Shown: positions 42,212 to 53,781 of the stretch, in pieces
How positions within the stretch are numbered: the first letter of the stretch is position 1
Layout: the number at the start of each line of letters is the position of its first letter
NCBI GenBank assembly: GCA_042408215.1
Contig: JAYFMW010000028.1
Span: 288,001-352,000, forward strand
Source of the DNA: Microcoleus sp.
GTDB lineage: Bacteria; Cyanobacteriota; Cyanobacteriia; Cyanobacteriales; Microcoleaceae
Length of the DNA: 64,000 nucleotides
Direction: 5' to 3'
Notes under the pieces: generated by a model
Seen by the model: only the letters and a program-made list of their open reading frames with translations
Told to the model about the DNA's origin: nothing
Databases searched by the model: none
Made by a program: the position numbers and the translations under genes

Positions 42212-44215
42212 TCATTCGTGAATTGTGCCGTCTGGCATAATTGCACCTGCGAGTTTTGCCTTGTCCAGATTTGCCACCCCACTTAGGTTTGCTCCCTTTA
42301 AGTTGGCTTTTTCTAGGTTTGTACCATTCAAATCTGCACCGCGCAAATCGGCCGAGATAAGTGTTGCCCCATTCAAATTTGCGGACACTAAACTTGAGCC
42401 GCAGAGATTAACCTCAGTCAAGTTTGCCCTACTCAAATCTACTGAGTCAAGCGCTACTCCCACCAGATTTACGCCAGTCAGATTAGCATCGCTAAAGTTG
42501 GCACGGCCTAATTTTGTATCTTTCAAATTAGCGTGGCTCAGGTCTGCCGCAACTAGGTTAGCGTACTCTAAATTTGCCTGTTTCAGGTTTGCTCCACTCA
42601 AGTTTGCCACAGCTAGTTTTGCAGATCGAAGGTTTGCTTTGCTCAAGTTAGCTTCACTTAGGTTTGCTGTAGTTAGGTCAGCACCATTCAGATTTGCTTC
42701 ACTCAAATTTGCTGCACTCAGATTCGCCTGAAGCAGTTTTGCGGCCGCCAAATTTGCTTTGGTTAAGTTTGCACCGCTCAAGTTAGCTTCACTCAGGTTG
42801 AAAGAACTCAAGTCAACACCAGCTAGGTTTACGTTGGGAAGTGAAGCATCAGAAACGATTAAGTAAGCACCTGCTTTAACAGGGTCAAATCCTCTGGGGA
42901 AGATAGTCTGTGCGTTGCACAGCGCTTGTTCAAGTTTTGCTCCCTCAAGGTTTGCCCCTTCAAGGTTTGCCTCGAATAGGTTAGTATTACTTAGGTTTGC
43001 ATTACTCAAATCAGCCTTATAATTGTGATTGCCTCAAATTCAACCCAGTTAAGTTTGCATTACTGAGGTTTGCACTGTGATTGTCCCCTGAGACAAATTA
43101 ACAGCTCTGCTGAGATTTAGTCCACTTAAATTAGCTTCACTTAGGTTTGCATACACATAGATTTACTTCACTTAAATTTGCATTGAGAATTGTGCTTTTC
43201 TAAGTTTGATGATTCTAGATTGGCTTTGTGAAGGCTTGCATGAGATAAATTTGCCTCAGTCAGGTTAGCGCCCAGATAAGTTTGCTTCAGAGAGTTCTGC
43301 ACCGCTGAGATTAGCGTTACTCAGGTTGACACGAACCAGGGATTTTCCGCTCAGATTTACTCCTGCTAAATTAACTCCAGTAAAATCTCGTTCTCCCTCA
43401 TCATACCGTTGCAAAAATTCCTCAGCACTAATAGCTGGTTCCAGATTTTCTAGTCCAGAATCATCTATTTTTGCCTCTTCCTGAGATTGCACAGTATCCG
43501 CATTCACAGGAGTAGCAGCCGGCTGTTCTACCGCTTTGCTAGATACCGCCTCTTCCCGCAATAACCGATCCACCCGATCGCTAAAAAGCCTCAAAACCTC
43601 AGCATCATCAACCTTCCCACCAGCATTCGCGCCCTGAGTAACCGCATTCTCAACATAATACTTATCCACAAAACTTTGCAACCCAGCATTATATCCCTGT
43701 CCCACCGCCTGAAACCTCCATTCCCCATTCTTTATGTACAAACGTCCAAACTCTAAAGCCGTTTCTTCGGAAAATATCTGATTCAAATTGTACCGAACCA
43801 GTTCGCTTTCCGTCTCTGAATTGTAAAGCCGGATAAACGCATTTGTAACTTGACTAAAACTTTGATTCTTTTGCTGTACCTCGTGCAAAGTAACAACAAA
43901 CACAATTTCCTGAATCGCCGAATTGATTTTACTCAAATCCACATAAACCGTCTCATCATCTCCCTCTATTTGTCCATTCCTGCTGTCTCCTGAATGCCGC
44001 ACCGCACCGTCTGGCGATGTCAAGTTGTTGTAAAATACAAAATACTTTTCATCGGGAATGCGACCGTCCGCCGCTAACATAAAAACAGATGCGTCAATGT
44101 CGCAGTTTTGTGCTGTCTGGCTGACTTGCCAACCTAGGGCGATCGCCAATTTATTGAAATTAGGAACTTCCTGAGAAAGATTAAATCTCTCACCCTTAGT
44201 TAATTCGATGCTCAT
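42212..44215 (-). pseudogene. TerD-domain + pentapeptide-repeat fusion, broken by clustered frameshifts at 43010-43270
   Basis: ORF 43265-44215 is TerD plus the start of pentapeptide repeats. ORF 42212-43009 is pentapeptide repeats ending AIMPDG. The gap encodes A(N)LXX repeats in shifting frames. Confidence 0.75.
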
Positions 44216-44358
44216 ATGCGATAATTTCCTTACCTCAGAAATAGACTTGTAGGGTGCGTCAGACGAAGTTTTAGAGAGATTCTCGATGATTTTGGTTCTG
44301 ACGCACCTTACGAATAATGCCGATCGCGTAAGTCGTAATAATATTAATTATCTCATCT

Positions 44359-45144
44359 ATGTTAACCCGATCGCAAATTGGATTTTATCTCGAAGACATC
44401 GAAACCCGAATTGGTAGAACCGTCAATTTAACTCTTACCGGACTCATTCTCCTATCTTCCGCCAGCTTCATCGCCGAAACTTACCCACTTGCGGAACCTG
44501 TGAGAATTAATTTGCAAACTCTCGATACCGTCCTTTTAATCGTTTTTGCCGTTGAGTATTTATTGCGGCTGTGGTGTGCCGAAAATAAAGTTAAATTTGT
44601 TTTTAGTTTTTTTTCTATTATTGACTTGGTTGCAATATTACCATTTTTTCTGGGATTTGTCAATGTCAGTTTTATTCGCATTTTTCGCTGGTTTAGAATT
44701 CTCAGACTCATCCGCTTTCTGGAATTGAAAATTTCTATTTTCCGCATCAGCACCGAAGATGGCGTGATTTTTTCTCGGATATTGTTTACCTTATTGGCAA
44801 TAATTTTTGTTTATTCTGGTCTGATTTATCAAGTCGAACATCCGGCAAATCCTGAAGGTTTTGGCACTTTTTTGGATGCCGTTTATTTCTCCGTTGTCAC
44901 TATGACTACGGTGGGATTTGGCGATGTTATTCCGATTTCGGAAGCGGGCCGCTTTTTGACTATTTTGATGATTTTGACCGGAATTGCCCTGATTCCTTGG
45001 CAGTTGGGGGATTTAATTAAGCAATTAGTTAAAACTGCAAATCAGGTAGAAACTGTTTGTACAGGTTGCGGTTGGTCTGTACATGATACTAATGCTAGAT
45101 TTTGTAAAATGTGCGGCACTCACTTAGATAATGGTAAGGGGTAA
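44359..45144 (+). CDS. Voltage-gated-type potassium channel (ion transport protein) with C-terminal zinc ribbon
   Basis: S4-like [15 protein letters not shown]; filter [13 protein letters not shown]...CKMCG. Confidence 0.9.
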   Translation: MLTRSQIGFYLEDIETRIGRTVNLTLTGLILLSSASFIAETYPLAEPVRINLQTLDTVLLIVFAVEYLLRLWCAENKVKFVFSFFSIIDLVAILPFFLGFVNVSFIRIFRWFRILRLIRFLELKISIFRISTEDGVIFSRILFTLLAIIFVYSGLIYQVEHPANPEGFGTFLDAVYFSVVTMTTVGFGDVIPISEAGRFLTILMILTGIALIPWQLGDLIKQLVKTANQVETVCTGCGWSVHDTNARFCKMCGTHLDNGKG

Positions 45145-45386
45145 TTGGGAATTGGGAATTGGGCATTGGGCCTTGGGAATTGGGCCTTGGGAATTGGGCA
45201 TTGGGCATTGGTAGTTACTCACAAATAACAAATAACAAATAACAAATAACAAATAACAAATAACAAATAACAACTGATATCACTTCCGATAGCATCGGAA
45301 TTATTCATTTCTCTGATCTCCCTCTGCGTTCTCTGTGGCCTCTGTGGTTAAATCATTCCGATGCAACCGGAAACGATATGACTTCT

Positions 45387-46733
45387 TTAAGCTAAAGGCA
45401 ACAAAATTTCAAACTCGGTATTCTGGCCTGGTTGCGATCGCACATTCAGTTTGCCGCCGTGCTTTTCTATGACGATTTGATTGCAGATAGCCAGCCCCAT
45501 ACCCGTCCCTTTACCTGCTGGTTTAGTGGTAAAAAAGGTATCAAATATCCGCTCCTGAATTTCTGGGGAAATGCCGGGCCCGTTATCGGCAATGCAAATT
45601 GCTGCCCAATTGCGTTCCTCGGCTTGTAGCACTTTAGTGGTAATTTCTATTTTGGGCTGCCAAGAAGGCGGGCACAGCGTCTCTATTTCTCGATCGGCTG
45701 CGTACTCTGTCAGGGAGTCTAGAGCATTGACTAACAAATTCAAAAACACCTGACTCAACTGACCAGAGTAGCAGCTAACTAGAGGCAGTTCGCCGTAATT
45801 TTTTACCAATTCTATGCCGTCTTTGAAGCGATTTTTCAGAATTAACAGCGTACTGTTAACGCATTCGTGAATGTCTTTCTTCACTGGCTTAGTCTCGTCC
45901 ATGTGAGAAAAATTGAGCAGCCCGTTAGCAATTTTTAGCAATTGCTCTCCTCCAAACCTCATCCCTTCTAAAGTTGCCAGCAACTCTTCTTTTAACAAGT
46001 CAAATTCAATCTCTTCTTTTATGTGAGTAATTCGGGGAGACTGTTCGGGCAATTCTTCTTCGTAAGCGGACATTAGCTCGAGCAAATTGTCAAAATAGGA
46101 CAGCATAAAATTTAAATTTCCCCAGATATAGTTAAGGGGATTTCTAATTTCGTGAGCTACCTCTGCGACAATCCTACCCAAACTAGCCATTTTTTCTGTT
46201 TGGATGAGTTGTGATTTGGTTTCCTTTTGGAGCAACTTATTTGTTATTTGGTGAATTCTGGACTGAGCGACCATTAATAGGTGTACATCTAGCAGCCTGT
46301 AAGTCCGATCTTCTGTTTGCACTACTATGGGCTCGTAAACTAATTCTGCTGACCTGTCAAGCGATTCCTGGGCAGCTTCTACGATTAATTTACTACTTTG
46401 CAGCAGCAGTATATCTTTCTTTGAAAACTGATATAACACCTCTATTGGTCGTTTAAAAAACATTTCTAACCCGTAGCGGCAGTTGACTTTTTCAAAAAAT
46501 AGCCGTCGGGAAATTATGCCGACAAACTTGCCCTGACGAGTCAAAATGACGCCGGGAAGCATGGGGTTTTTTTCAAAAGTCAGGGCCACTTCTTTTGCCT
46601 GTTGAGTTAATTCTATTGGGCAGTTGTAAAGTGGCAGGTCTTGGAGAGTTGATTTTAAGGAGAGGTTCCAAGTACAAGTCTCTGGCATATGCAACACTGA
46701 TAAATCCAAGCTAGAATCACGCAAATTAAACAT
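45387..46733 (-). CDS. Soluble sensor histidine kinase with CBS-like N-terminus
   Basis: EKMASLG...VAHEIRNPL, QVFLNLLVNA, DNGPGI, FFTTKPAGKGTGMGL. Confidence 0.92.
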   Translation of the reverse strand: MFNLRDSSLDLSVLHMPETCTWNLSLKSTLQDLPLYNCPIELTQQAKEVALTFEKNPMLPGVILTRQGKFVGIISRRLFFEKVNCRYGLEMFFKRPIEVLYQFSKKDILLLQSSKLIVEAAQESLDRSAELVYEPIVVQTEDRTYRLLDVHLLMVAQSRIHQITNKLLQKETKSQLIQTEKMASLGRIVAEVAHEIRNPLNYIWGNLNFMLSYFDNLLELMSAYEEELPEQSPRITHIKEEIEFDLLKEELLATLEGMRFGGEQLLKIANGLLNFSHMDETKPVKKDIHECVNSTLLILKNRFKDGIELVKNYGELPLVSCYSGQLSQVFLNLLVNALDSLTEYAADREIETLCPPSWQPKIEITTKVLQAEERNWAAICIADNGPGISPEIQERIFDTFFTTKPAGKGTGMGLAICNQIVIEKHGGKLNVRSQPGQNTEFEILLPLA

Positions 46734-47250
46734 AGATGGAACCTCTATTAAATGTTGTTTGATCGCTCAAAAAAATGCGAGTTATTTGTGATTTGCTATT
46801 TGCTATTTGTGATTTGTGATTTGTGATTTGTTGGTTGTTATTGCCAATAACTAATAACCAATAACCATTACCCATTACCCGTTACCCATTACCCATTACC
46901 CACTACCCACTATTAAATAGTGTAGACTTCCTCAAGGTGAATCTGTCTGTTAAGCAAGTTACAATAGCGCCAGAACCGAAAACCCGATCGCCCTGGTTAT
47001 TGTACGATCAAAATTTTTGTTTCTAAATCAATGTTAATTGATAAGACCTATTGTGCAAGTTAAAGATGTTTCTCATCTACTTTTTAACATAAAATACCCT
47101 GCGATCGCCTATTTTCCTGAAATCATCAAAATTTATCAACTATCTATTGTGATCTGGTATACCATTTGTGCGGTACTGGCAAGGAATCGCATAGCACATC
47201 GCAGGCTTTAAGTCAATCGATTTGAGATTTGAGATTGAAGAAAAGTCTTG

Positions 47251-47376
47251 CTATAGCAACCTGATTGGTAATGAGGAAGTTTTCAATTGCTGAAATCATT
47301 GATTTTATAGCGTTTCCACATCGACTTCTTCCTTCTTCCTTCTTCCTTCTTCCTTCTTCCTTCAACATCTGCTATA
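47251..47376. mobile_element. IS630-like MITE (CTATAGCA...TGCTATA); related left end at 34905
   Basis: Shared CTATAGCAACC...AATTGCTGAAA.CATTGATTTTAT sequence. Confidence 0.5.
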
Positions 47377-47940
47377 TTAATCAACCTCCGGCCAGAGGCG
47401 TTCTAATTGATACCGCCAAGCTGCAAGAGTCTGTTCGCGAGACTCTCGCCCAAGTTCCATTTCGCCCATCAATCCCTCTGCGTAAAAACGGTCTAAAGTC
47501 TGAAGGGTAGTTTCCACGGACTGTCCCTGCATCTTGGCCGCTTTGATGATTTGACGGATACGGGTTTCGATCAAGTCGCCGAAAAAGTCGGACAAACCTC
47601 GCTGCTGTAAAGCCAGCAGTCTGGCGACGGCGGCCGCAAAATCTGCGGTGGCGGTGGTGGCAAAATTATGTTGAAATACACCCCACAAGAGGTTTTGATG
47701 TATGGCGTAGCGAGTTTCCAGGGTGGTGTCAAAGTTAGCTTCTAGCAGTTGGTCTAAAAATGGTTGAGCTTCTAGGACATCGGCGATGGGTAGCAAAATT
47801 CGCAGCCAACTGCTGTCTTCTGAAAGGAGGACTAACAGCCGAAATTTGGGGGTTTCTACTTCCCAAGAAGTTGATGTCGGTGTCTCAACACTTTCGCCAA
47901 ATAAGTCTTTGAGTGTATTGGTAATTTCTTCTGGATTCAT
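47377..47940 (-). CDS. T3SS-chaperone/YbjN-like conserved cyanobacterial protein
   Basis: LLVLLSEDSSWLRILLPI, LLEANFDTTLETRYAI. Confidence 0.65.
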   Translation of the reverse strand: MNPEEITNTLKDLFGESVETPTSTSWEVETPKFRLLVLLSEDSSWLRILLPIADVLEAQPFLDQLLEANFDTTLETRYAIHQNLLWGVFQHNFATTATADFAAAVARLLALQQRGLSDFFGDLIETRIRQIIKAAKMQGQSVETTLQTLDRFYAEGLMGEMELGRESREQTLAAWRYQLERLWPEVD

Positions 47941-48131
47941 GGTAATTGGTAATTGGTAATTGGGAATTGGGAATTGGGAATTGGGAATTGGGAATTGGGA
48001 ATTGGGAATTGGGAATTGGGAATTGGGAATTGGGAATTGGGAATTGGGAATTGGGAATTGGGAATTGGGAATTGGTGAATTGGTAATTGGTAATTGCTAA
48101 TTGGTAATTGGTAATTGCTAATTGCTAATTG
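47941..48131. repeat. (AATTGGG/AATTGGT)n STRR
   Basis: Direct inspection. Confidence 0.95.
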
Positions 48132-48161
48132 CTAAACAGACGATGAGTGATGCACAGCAAC

Positions 48162-49730
48162 TTATGGTAGCCAGCGGGGGTGATAGCCTGCAAAGGGTAG
48201 TTCTTCTGGCTGCACTTTTGGTTGAGAACCGTCTGCGGGTATTTCTACTAAGGGTAGCAGCCAAAGGCGACTGCTGGCGATCGACTGTCCGCTGTCATTG
48301 CGGGGAGTGGCTGCTGTTGAGGGTTTGGCTGATGTGACTGATTGGTCGAAAATTAATGCCAGTCCGTCGGGAGATAAACTGATTTGGGTATCTAATTGGT
48401 TGGGCAAAATCAGCAGCGGTTTGATGGTTCCTACTAAACGAGTGCCATCTTTTTTGAGGTCGATGGTGGCGATAAAAGGCTGTTCTTTGTAGCTTTCTGT
48501 TTTGAGGCGTTCGGCTAACAAGCAGTAGAGACGCTGGAATTGGTTGTCTTTGTTTTTGCGGGGGTCGAAATAGACGGCGATAATGCTGCCGGGAATTCGC
48601 AATATTTCTTGTTCTACGCCTTGGTTATCTAAGATGAAAAGCGATCGGGTAAAGTCGCCGTTATATTTAACATAAGCTGCGACGGAGTTGTCGCGGGCCA
48701 TGCCTAATACTTGTTCGTATTTTGGCAATAATTCTACGGGATCTGCTTCCGGTTGTAGGGGGACGATCGCTAATCCTTGTTTTTGAGATATTACCATCGA
48801 TTTGCTGTCGGGCCGAATCATAAAATCCCCGCCTTGTTGATTTTCCAATCGTCGGGGGGGTATTTTTTCTTCAATAATCCAAGGACTGAAATCTCCGGGA
48901 TTGCGACGGTTGACGCGCATAATAACTATGGTTTTGCCATCGGCTGAGAGGTCAAATTTGAGGTTTTGATAATCTTTGGAGTCTAATAGTTTGTCGATTC
49001 TACCTGCTGGCTGCGGCGGCTGGGATTCTGTTCCGGGAGATTGGGGATTGATGCCGGTGGTGACTGTGAATAGTTCTTGGGTTAGGGTGCCGCCTGCTTG
49101 GGCTTGCGATCGATCTGTTGCTGAGAATAAGAGGCGATCGCTATTAGGATAGGGTTTAAAATCGGTAACGACTAAATCTTTGGGAGTTAGCGGTATTGGT
49201 TTCGAGTCGCTGCTTGAGAGATTAACTAACATTAATCTGCTTTCTGTTTCGCCTGTGACGCCGATATAAGCAAAAGCGCGATCGCGACTGCGAAATGAAC
49301 CGCTAAACGGTTGAATTAGGGTTCCTTTATTTTGGTTGTTTTCTCCGAAATACTTGTCGGTTGCTCCTGCGAGTTTTAAGGTGTAGGTAACGCCGTAGGG
49401 TGCTGGGTTGTTGAGTGTGTAAGCCATGCGCCTTCCAGCCCAACTAAATTTGCCGGGGAGAGCAGGTTCTATTTTTAAGTTTTCCTCGACGCTGGAGTGA
49501 TTCATCGGGCGAAAGAAGGTGAGGATAAAGCCGGTATCTTCCGCGCCGATTTGTTTATTTTGCCAGGTAAATTCTCGCACTCGCGGTGCTGTGCGATCGC
49601 CCGACAGCAGCAACAGTCCGATTAATACGCCCAGCACTAGCATCAGGATTATTGCCATGCGGTCGATCGGCTGTTTGAATTGCCCTACAGTCAAGGATGA
49701 AAGATTAATTTTTTGCTTAAAAATACTCAC
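48162..49730 (-). CDS. Membrane-anchored Ig-like (Big_5) plus beta-propeller-like protein
   Basis: N-terminal TM; LTFFRPMNHSSVEENLKIEPALPGKFSW; SPDG/SADG repeats; PRWLP end. Confidence 0.7.
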   Translation of the reverse strand: MSIFKQKINLSSLTVGQFKQPIDRMAIILMLVLGVLIGLLLLSGDRTAPRVREFTWQNKQIGAEDTGFILTFFRPMNHSSVEENLKIEPALPGKFSWAGRRMAYTLNNPAPYGVTYTLKLAGATDKYFGENNQNKGTLIQPFSGSFRSRDRAFAYIGVTGETESRLMLVNLSSSDSKPIPLTPKDLVVTDFKPYPNSDRLLFSATDRSQAQAGGTLTQELFTVTTGINPQSPGTESQPPQPAGRIDKLLDSKDYQNLKFDLSADGKTIVIMRVNRRNPGDFSPWIIEEKIPPRRLENQQGGDFMIRPDSKSMVISQKQGLAIVPLQPEADPVELLPKYEQVLGMARDNSVAAYVKYNGDFTRSLFILDNQGVEQEILRIPGSIIAVYFDPRKNKDNQFQRLYCLLAERLKTESYKEQPFIATIDLKKDGTRLVGTIKPLLILPNQLDTQISLSPDGLALIFDQSVTSAKPSTAATPRNDSGQSIASSRLWLLPLVEIPADGSQPKVQPEELPFAGYHPRWLP

Positions 49731-49804
49731 AAATCTGTCTCTCCTCTTCCTGAACAGAATTTATTCCAAACTTGAAAAATTATGAACTCTCTCCTGTTTG
49801 TTGA

Positions 49805-51175
49805 CTAAAAGAGTTTACCAGGTTCCCAATCGATTGGTAACAGGCGATCGATCGGTAGAGTATGACCAAAATGAAATCTACAAAAAAGTAGAATTCCTAG
49901 CACTCCTAAAAACAATGCTGTCAACTTAATATCCTGCCAAAAACAGAATAGGCCTTCTTTCCAAAGACCGTAGCTAATTACTAAATAAGTAGGAATGTCG
50001 CCGACAGCTACAGCAAGCACAGCACCTAAATTACCCATGAAATGATATCCGATCGGTATGCCAATACTGATACTCAAGAAAGTCACAAAATTGCCCATAG
50101 CTCCGTACTGAGATTTGCCGATGGCTAACAGACAAGAACTCATCAGATTGTGGAGGGTAGTGTGCCAAATTCCTAAAGCCAAAATTGGCAGCATCCAAGA
50201 TGCGGCCGCATACTCTTTTCTGTACAGTGTTAAAATTAGCTGATCTCCAAAACTCACAAAAATTGCTAAACCTATTGCTAAGGGGATCAGAATTAGCTTG
50301 CGGTTTTTGATAATCTTGGCGCGCAATTCCTCGCGCGGCAAGTCGGCTAGCATGGAAATAGAGGGAAAAATCACCCTGCCACCAAGGGCGATGATGACTT
50401 GGCGCGGCATATCGCCGAGGGTGAAAGCGATGCCATAAATGCCCAACATTGTCAAAGAAAATATTTTTCCTAGCACTAGCCGATCGGCTTGAGAACACAG
50501 AAAAAATAAAAGTGTAGACAAAAATATCCATTTCCCATAAGAAAATATTTCTTTAACTGCTTCTCGATCCCAAGCAAAGCGGTTTGATTTGCCGGGAATC
50601 AAAAAATGGCTCCAGACTAACTCCATTAAAGCTCCCGTAAAGCCCCCTGCAACGATCGCCAAGATGCTGGGATTCAAGCAAGCCCAGACAATCATCACTG
50701 TAGTAGAAATTATCTGTAGGCCAAACTCAAAAATTACTACTTGCTTGACTGCCATTTTGCGGTTGAGGCTGAATCTGGCAGTGGAATTCAACCCTCCTAT
50801 CAGGGTGTTTATACCTATCGCGGGAATCAACCACAGGAGACGGGGTTCTTTATAGAAAGTAGCAACAGGCCAGGTGATTAACATTAAACACAACCAAATA
50901 AACAAGCTGCGAATAACTTGCATTGTCCAAGCGGTGTTGATAAATTCTGGTTCTTCTCCACGCTTGTTCTGAATGATACTTGGCCCCAAACCTATATCTG
51001 AAAATAGGTGGACACCTGTGATGAAAACATAGGCGAGACCCATAAGGCCAAATAGTTCTGGCAAAAGCAGGCGTGTCAGAATTAGGTTACTGCCAAATCG
51101 GATAATTTGACTGCCGCCGTAGCTGGCTATCGTCCAGGCTGCACCTTTGATAGCTAGTTTTTTTTCGGATGACAT
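49805..51175 (-). CDS. Oligosaccharide flippase (Wzx-like)
   Basis: LILTRLLLPELFGLM, FSDIGLGPSIIQ, QADRLVLGK, LGIYGIA. Confidence 0.88.
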   Translation of the reverse strand: MSSEKKLAIKGAAWTIASYGGSQIIRFGSNLILTRLLLPELFGLMGLAYVFITGVHLFSDIGLGPSIIQNKRGEEPEFINTAWTMQVIRSLFIWLCLMLITWPVATFYKEPRLLWLIPAIGINTLIGGLNSTARFSLNRKMAVKQVVIFEFGLQIISTTVMIVWACLNPSILAIVAGGFTGALMELVWSHFLIPGKSNRFAWDREAVKEIFSYGKWIFLSTLLFFLCSQADRLVLGKIFSLTMLGIYGIAFTLGDMPRQVIIALGGRVIFPSISMLADLPREELRAKIIKNRKLILIPLAIGLAIFVSFGDQLILTLYRKEYAAASWMLPILALGIWHTTLHNLMSSCLLAIGKSQYGAMGNFVTFLSISIGIPIGYHFMGNLGAVLAVAVGDIPTYLVISYGLWKEGLFCFWQDIKLTALFLGVLGILLFCRFHFGHTLPIDRLLPIDWEPGKLF

Positions 51176-51278
51176 AAACTCAGGACTTCTTTTATAATTA
51201 CGAGTCTAGTGGGTGGATCTGCTATTGGCAACTGCTACAGAATTCTACTGCCAATGTTTTAGCTGACTGTACCCGATA

Positions 51279-52067
51279 TCAATAATCATAAGGGTTTTTG
51301 GGTTCAGGAATTGGTTTGAGGGAAGAAGCCTGAATTGTCAATTTTCGCTTTCCTTGCAGTTCTGCTGCGATCGCCTCTCCTTCTATTTCTAACCAACTGT
51401 CGGGGGGAAAGGCGGCGCGGGTTTGATTGGGCGGCAGTTTAACTGGCAACCCTACTGGATAAGCGTCCGCAGCACAGCAGGTAATGATAAAACGCCCGAT
51501 CCACAGATATTGTTCTGCTACCTTCGGCGGGTGAATTACAAATCCTTGAACCTTGACTTTTTGACCTTTATATGTATCTGGTTCTGGATTGAAATTTAAC
51601 AGGCGCACCCACTCGACGAGCGATCGATTTTCGGGTTTGGTTGTATTGCGAAATTCTTGGGGTTGCAGTCTGGTGATTGGCAGGGATTCGGTAAGGCCTC
51701 GTTCCAATGCTGTCTGGCTGGTAAATGTACGCGGTGTTGTGGCTAAACCGATTAATGCGACGCTCAACATTAAGGTACTGCCGAAACTGGGGGGAAATAA
51801 AGTAATGTGTTCAACTGCTGCTATTCTGGGAGAGTTGATTGTCGGCGTCCGGGATTTCTTGTTGGCGCGATCGAGCTTTATGAGTTCCCAAGTTTTCAAG
51901 CCGCCAATAATTATTAAGCCGATTCCACCCGCTACAGTCAAGCCAAAGTAATTGGGGTGAATCAGAATGTTTAATTGGCCGGTGATCCAATATTTGAGGA
52001 GCAATATTCCCCAGGCTAAGATAGCTAGGGAGTCCAGCCAAGGGCCGAATTTTTTAAGAGTCACCAT
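51279..52067 (-). CDS. TIGR03943/DUF1980 putative permease subunit
   Basis: GQLNILIHPNY, YKGQKVKVQGFV, RFIITCCAADA, PEPKNPYDY. Confidence 0.85.
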   Translation of the reverse strand: MVTLKKFGPWLDSLAILAWGILLLKYWITGQLNILIHPNYFGLTVAGGIGLIIIGGLKTWELIKLDRANKKSRTPTINSPRIAAVEHITLFPPSFGSTLMLSVALIGLATTPRTFTSQTALERGLTESLPITRLQPQEFRNTTKPENRSLVEWVRLLNFNPEPDTYKGQKVKVQGFVIHPPKVAEQYLWIGRFIITCCAADAYPVGLPVKLPPNQTRAAFPPDSWLEIEGEAIAAELQGKRKLTIQASSLKPIPEPKNPYDY

Positions 52068-52187
52068 GTTAGATTTTAGATTTTAGATTTTAGATTTTAG
52101 ATTGAGGAATTGAAGATTGAATGATTTAGGAGAAATTTAGTAATTGGGAATTGGGAATTGGGAATTGGGAATTTATTGGCCAATCTC

Positions 52188-53267
52188 CTAACCTAGATAT
52201 AAGTTGACGGCGAGAGTCATTAAAAAGGTTAACTGAGCAGCCAGTACCATTAAGTAAATTACTGCTCGCCCCCGAAAAATTGATAGCATTAAACCGATGC
52301 CTTTGAGGTCAATCATCGGGCCGAAAACGAGAAATGCTAACAGCGAACCGCTGGTAAATGTGGCAGCAAAAGATAGGGCAAAAAAGGCATCTACCGTAGA
52401 ACAAATCGACACGACTGTGGCTAATAACAGCATGGCGAGAATGGAAGAAACGGGGCCTTGACCGAGGTTGAGAATTAGTTCGCGGGGGACGCCAACTTGA
52501 ATGATGGCGGCGATCGCACTACCAATGACTAACACACCTCCCAATTCCCGCAACTCCTGTACCATACTATCTAAAAGCAGGCGCAGACGCTCTTTAGAAA
52601 CGCGGTGGAACATGGAGGAAGGTTTCGAGGTTTTTTCGGTTTTGCCTGTTTGTAAGGGCTTCCAGTCGTCTTGTAGCAAAGATTCGATCGGCATCGGGCC
52701 CCCCGGCATACCGAGCATAAATGTCCCCGACTGCAACAGCGACGGAGTTTGAGCTTTTAGTAGCTCTGTTTCGGAGAATTCTGGTTTTGGTAGGGGAATG
52801 GCGCGGGCTACAGAAGGTTGTAGCAGAGGTCGCAAGTCTTTCTGGGCGCTGAATACCCAGCCGATGATTGTGGCTGTGACTAGGGAAAATACCACCCGTA
52901 AAACTACGATTTCTGGCTGATCCCGAAATGCAGTCCAAGTCGCCCAAATCACGATCGGATTGATTGTCGGGGCCGCGAGTAAAAAGCCGATCGCCACCGG
53001 TGCGGGTACTCCCTGCATCAGCAACCTGCGGGCCACCGGCACGTTACCGCACTCGCACACGGGAAACAAAAACCCTACCAAACTGCCGGCTAAAGCCCCC
53101 AGCAGTGGGTTTCGGGGGATGCGGGCTATGAGTTTGCGCTCATCTACAAACCCCAGCAGCAAGCCGGAAAATAAAACTCCCAGCAGCAGAAAAGGTATTG
53201 CTTCTACTAACAAGCTGAGAAACAGGGTGAAAGCATTATTTAACTGATTTGTCAGGGCGGGTTGCAT
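52188..53267 (-). CDS. DUF318/ArsP_1-family permease
   Basis: EAIPFLLLG, FPVCECGNVPVARRL, SICSTVDAF, FGPMIDLK. Confidence 0.88.
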   Translation of the reverse strand: MQPALTNQLNNAFTLFLSLLVEAIPFLLLGVLFSGLLLGFVDERKLIARIPRNPLLGALAGSLVGFLFPVCECGNVPVARRLLMQGVPAPVAIGFLLAAPTINPIVIWATWTAFRDQPEIVVLRVVFSLVTATIIGWVFSAQKDLRPLLQPSVARAIPLPKPEFSETELLKAQTPSLLQSGTFMLGMPGGPMPIESLLQDDWKPLQTGKTEKTSKPSSMFHRVSKERLRLLLDSMVQELRELGGVLVIGSAIAAIIQVGVPRELILNLGQGPVSSILAMLLLATVVSICSTVDAFFALSFAATFTSGSLLAFLVFGPMIDLKGIGLMLSIFRGRAVIYLMVLAAQLTFLMTLAVNLYLG

Positions 53268-53781
53268 CCATCACCTACTCATAAATTGCTGTGCTATCTT
53301 GGGCAGACCCCCTGTCAATCATAGCTCATGACAGCGCTAAGTTAAGATTAAGTTAAAAATCCGTCGCTGTTTTTTTCGAGATTGAATTAAGGAATTGTGT
53401 AAACAATACCGGAGCAATACTAATTGCAATTAGTGTTATACCAATTTAATAGGTCGTTGCACATATCCCGATCCCCCTCGCATCCCCCTTAAAAAGGGAG
53501 TAGGGTGTGAGTAGGGGTTGACTTTGAATTCTTGCTCCCCCTTTTTAAGGGGGCTGGGGGGATCGGATTCTATGCAGCCTCATAAAAAATTGGTATTAAC
53601 AATAGGTTAACACTTTAAATTCAGGTTAACTCGCAGCTAAATTCTGGAACTAATCGTTAATACCCCAAAAGTCAAGATACAATAAAGTCAGGCCTAATTG
53701 CCGGGGCGCGTCTATCTTGCTTATACTCTATATTGCTTATACTCTGATAAATATAACCTCAAGCTTGGTGCTGATGAATTT

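Noticed and set aside
42225..42731. Long antisense ORFs over pentapeptide and RTX genes (also 18649-19002, 16392-16619)
   Set aside because: Shadow frames produced by repetitive coding on the opposite strand.
43010..43270. Diversity-generating retroelement variable region
   Set aside because: The changes are indels rather than adenine substitutions, and there is no template repeat or reverse transcriptase in the window.
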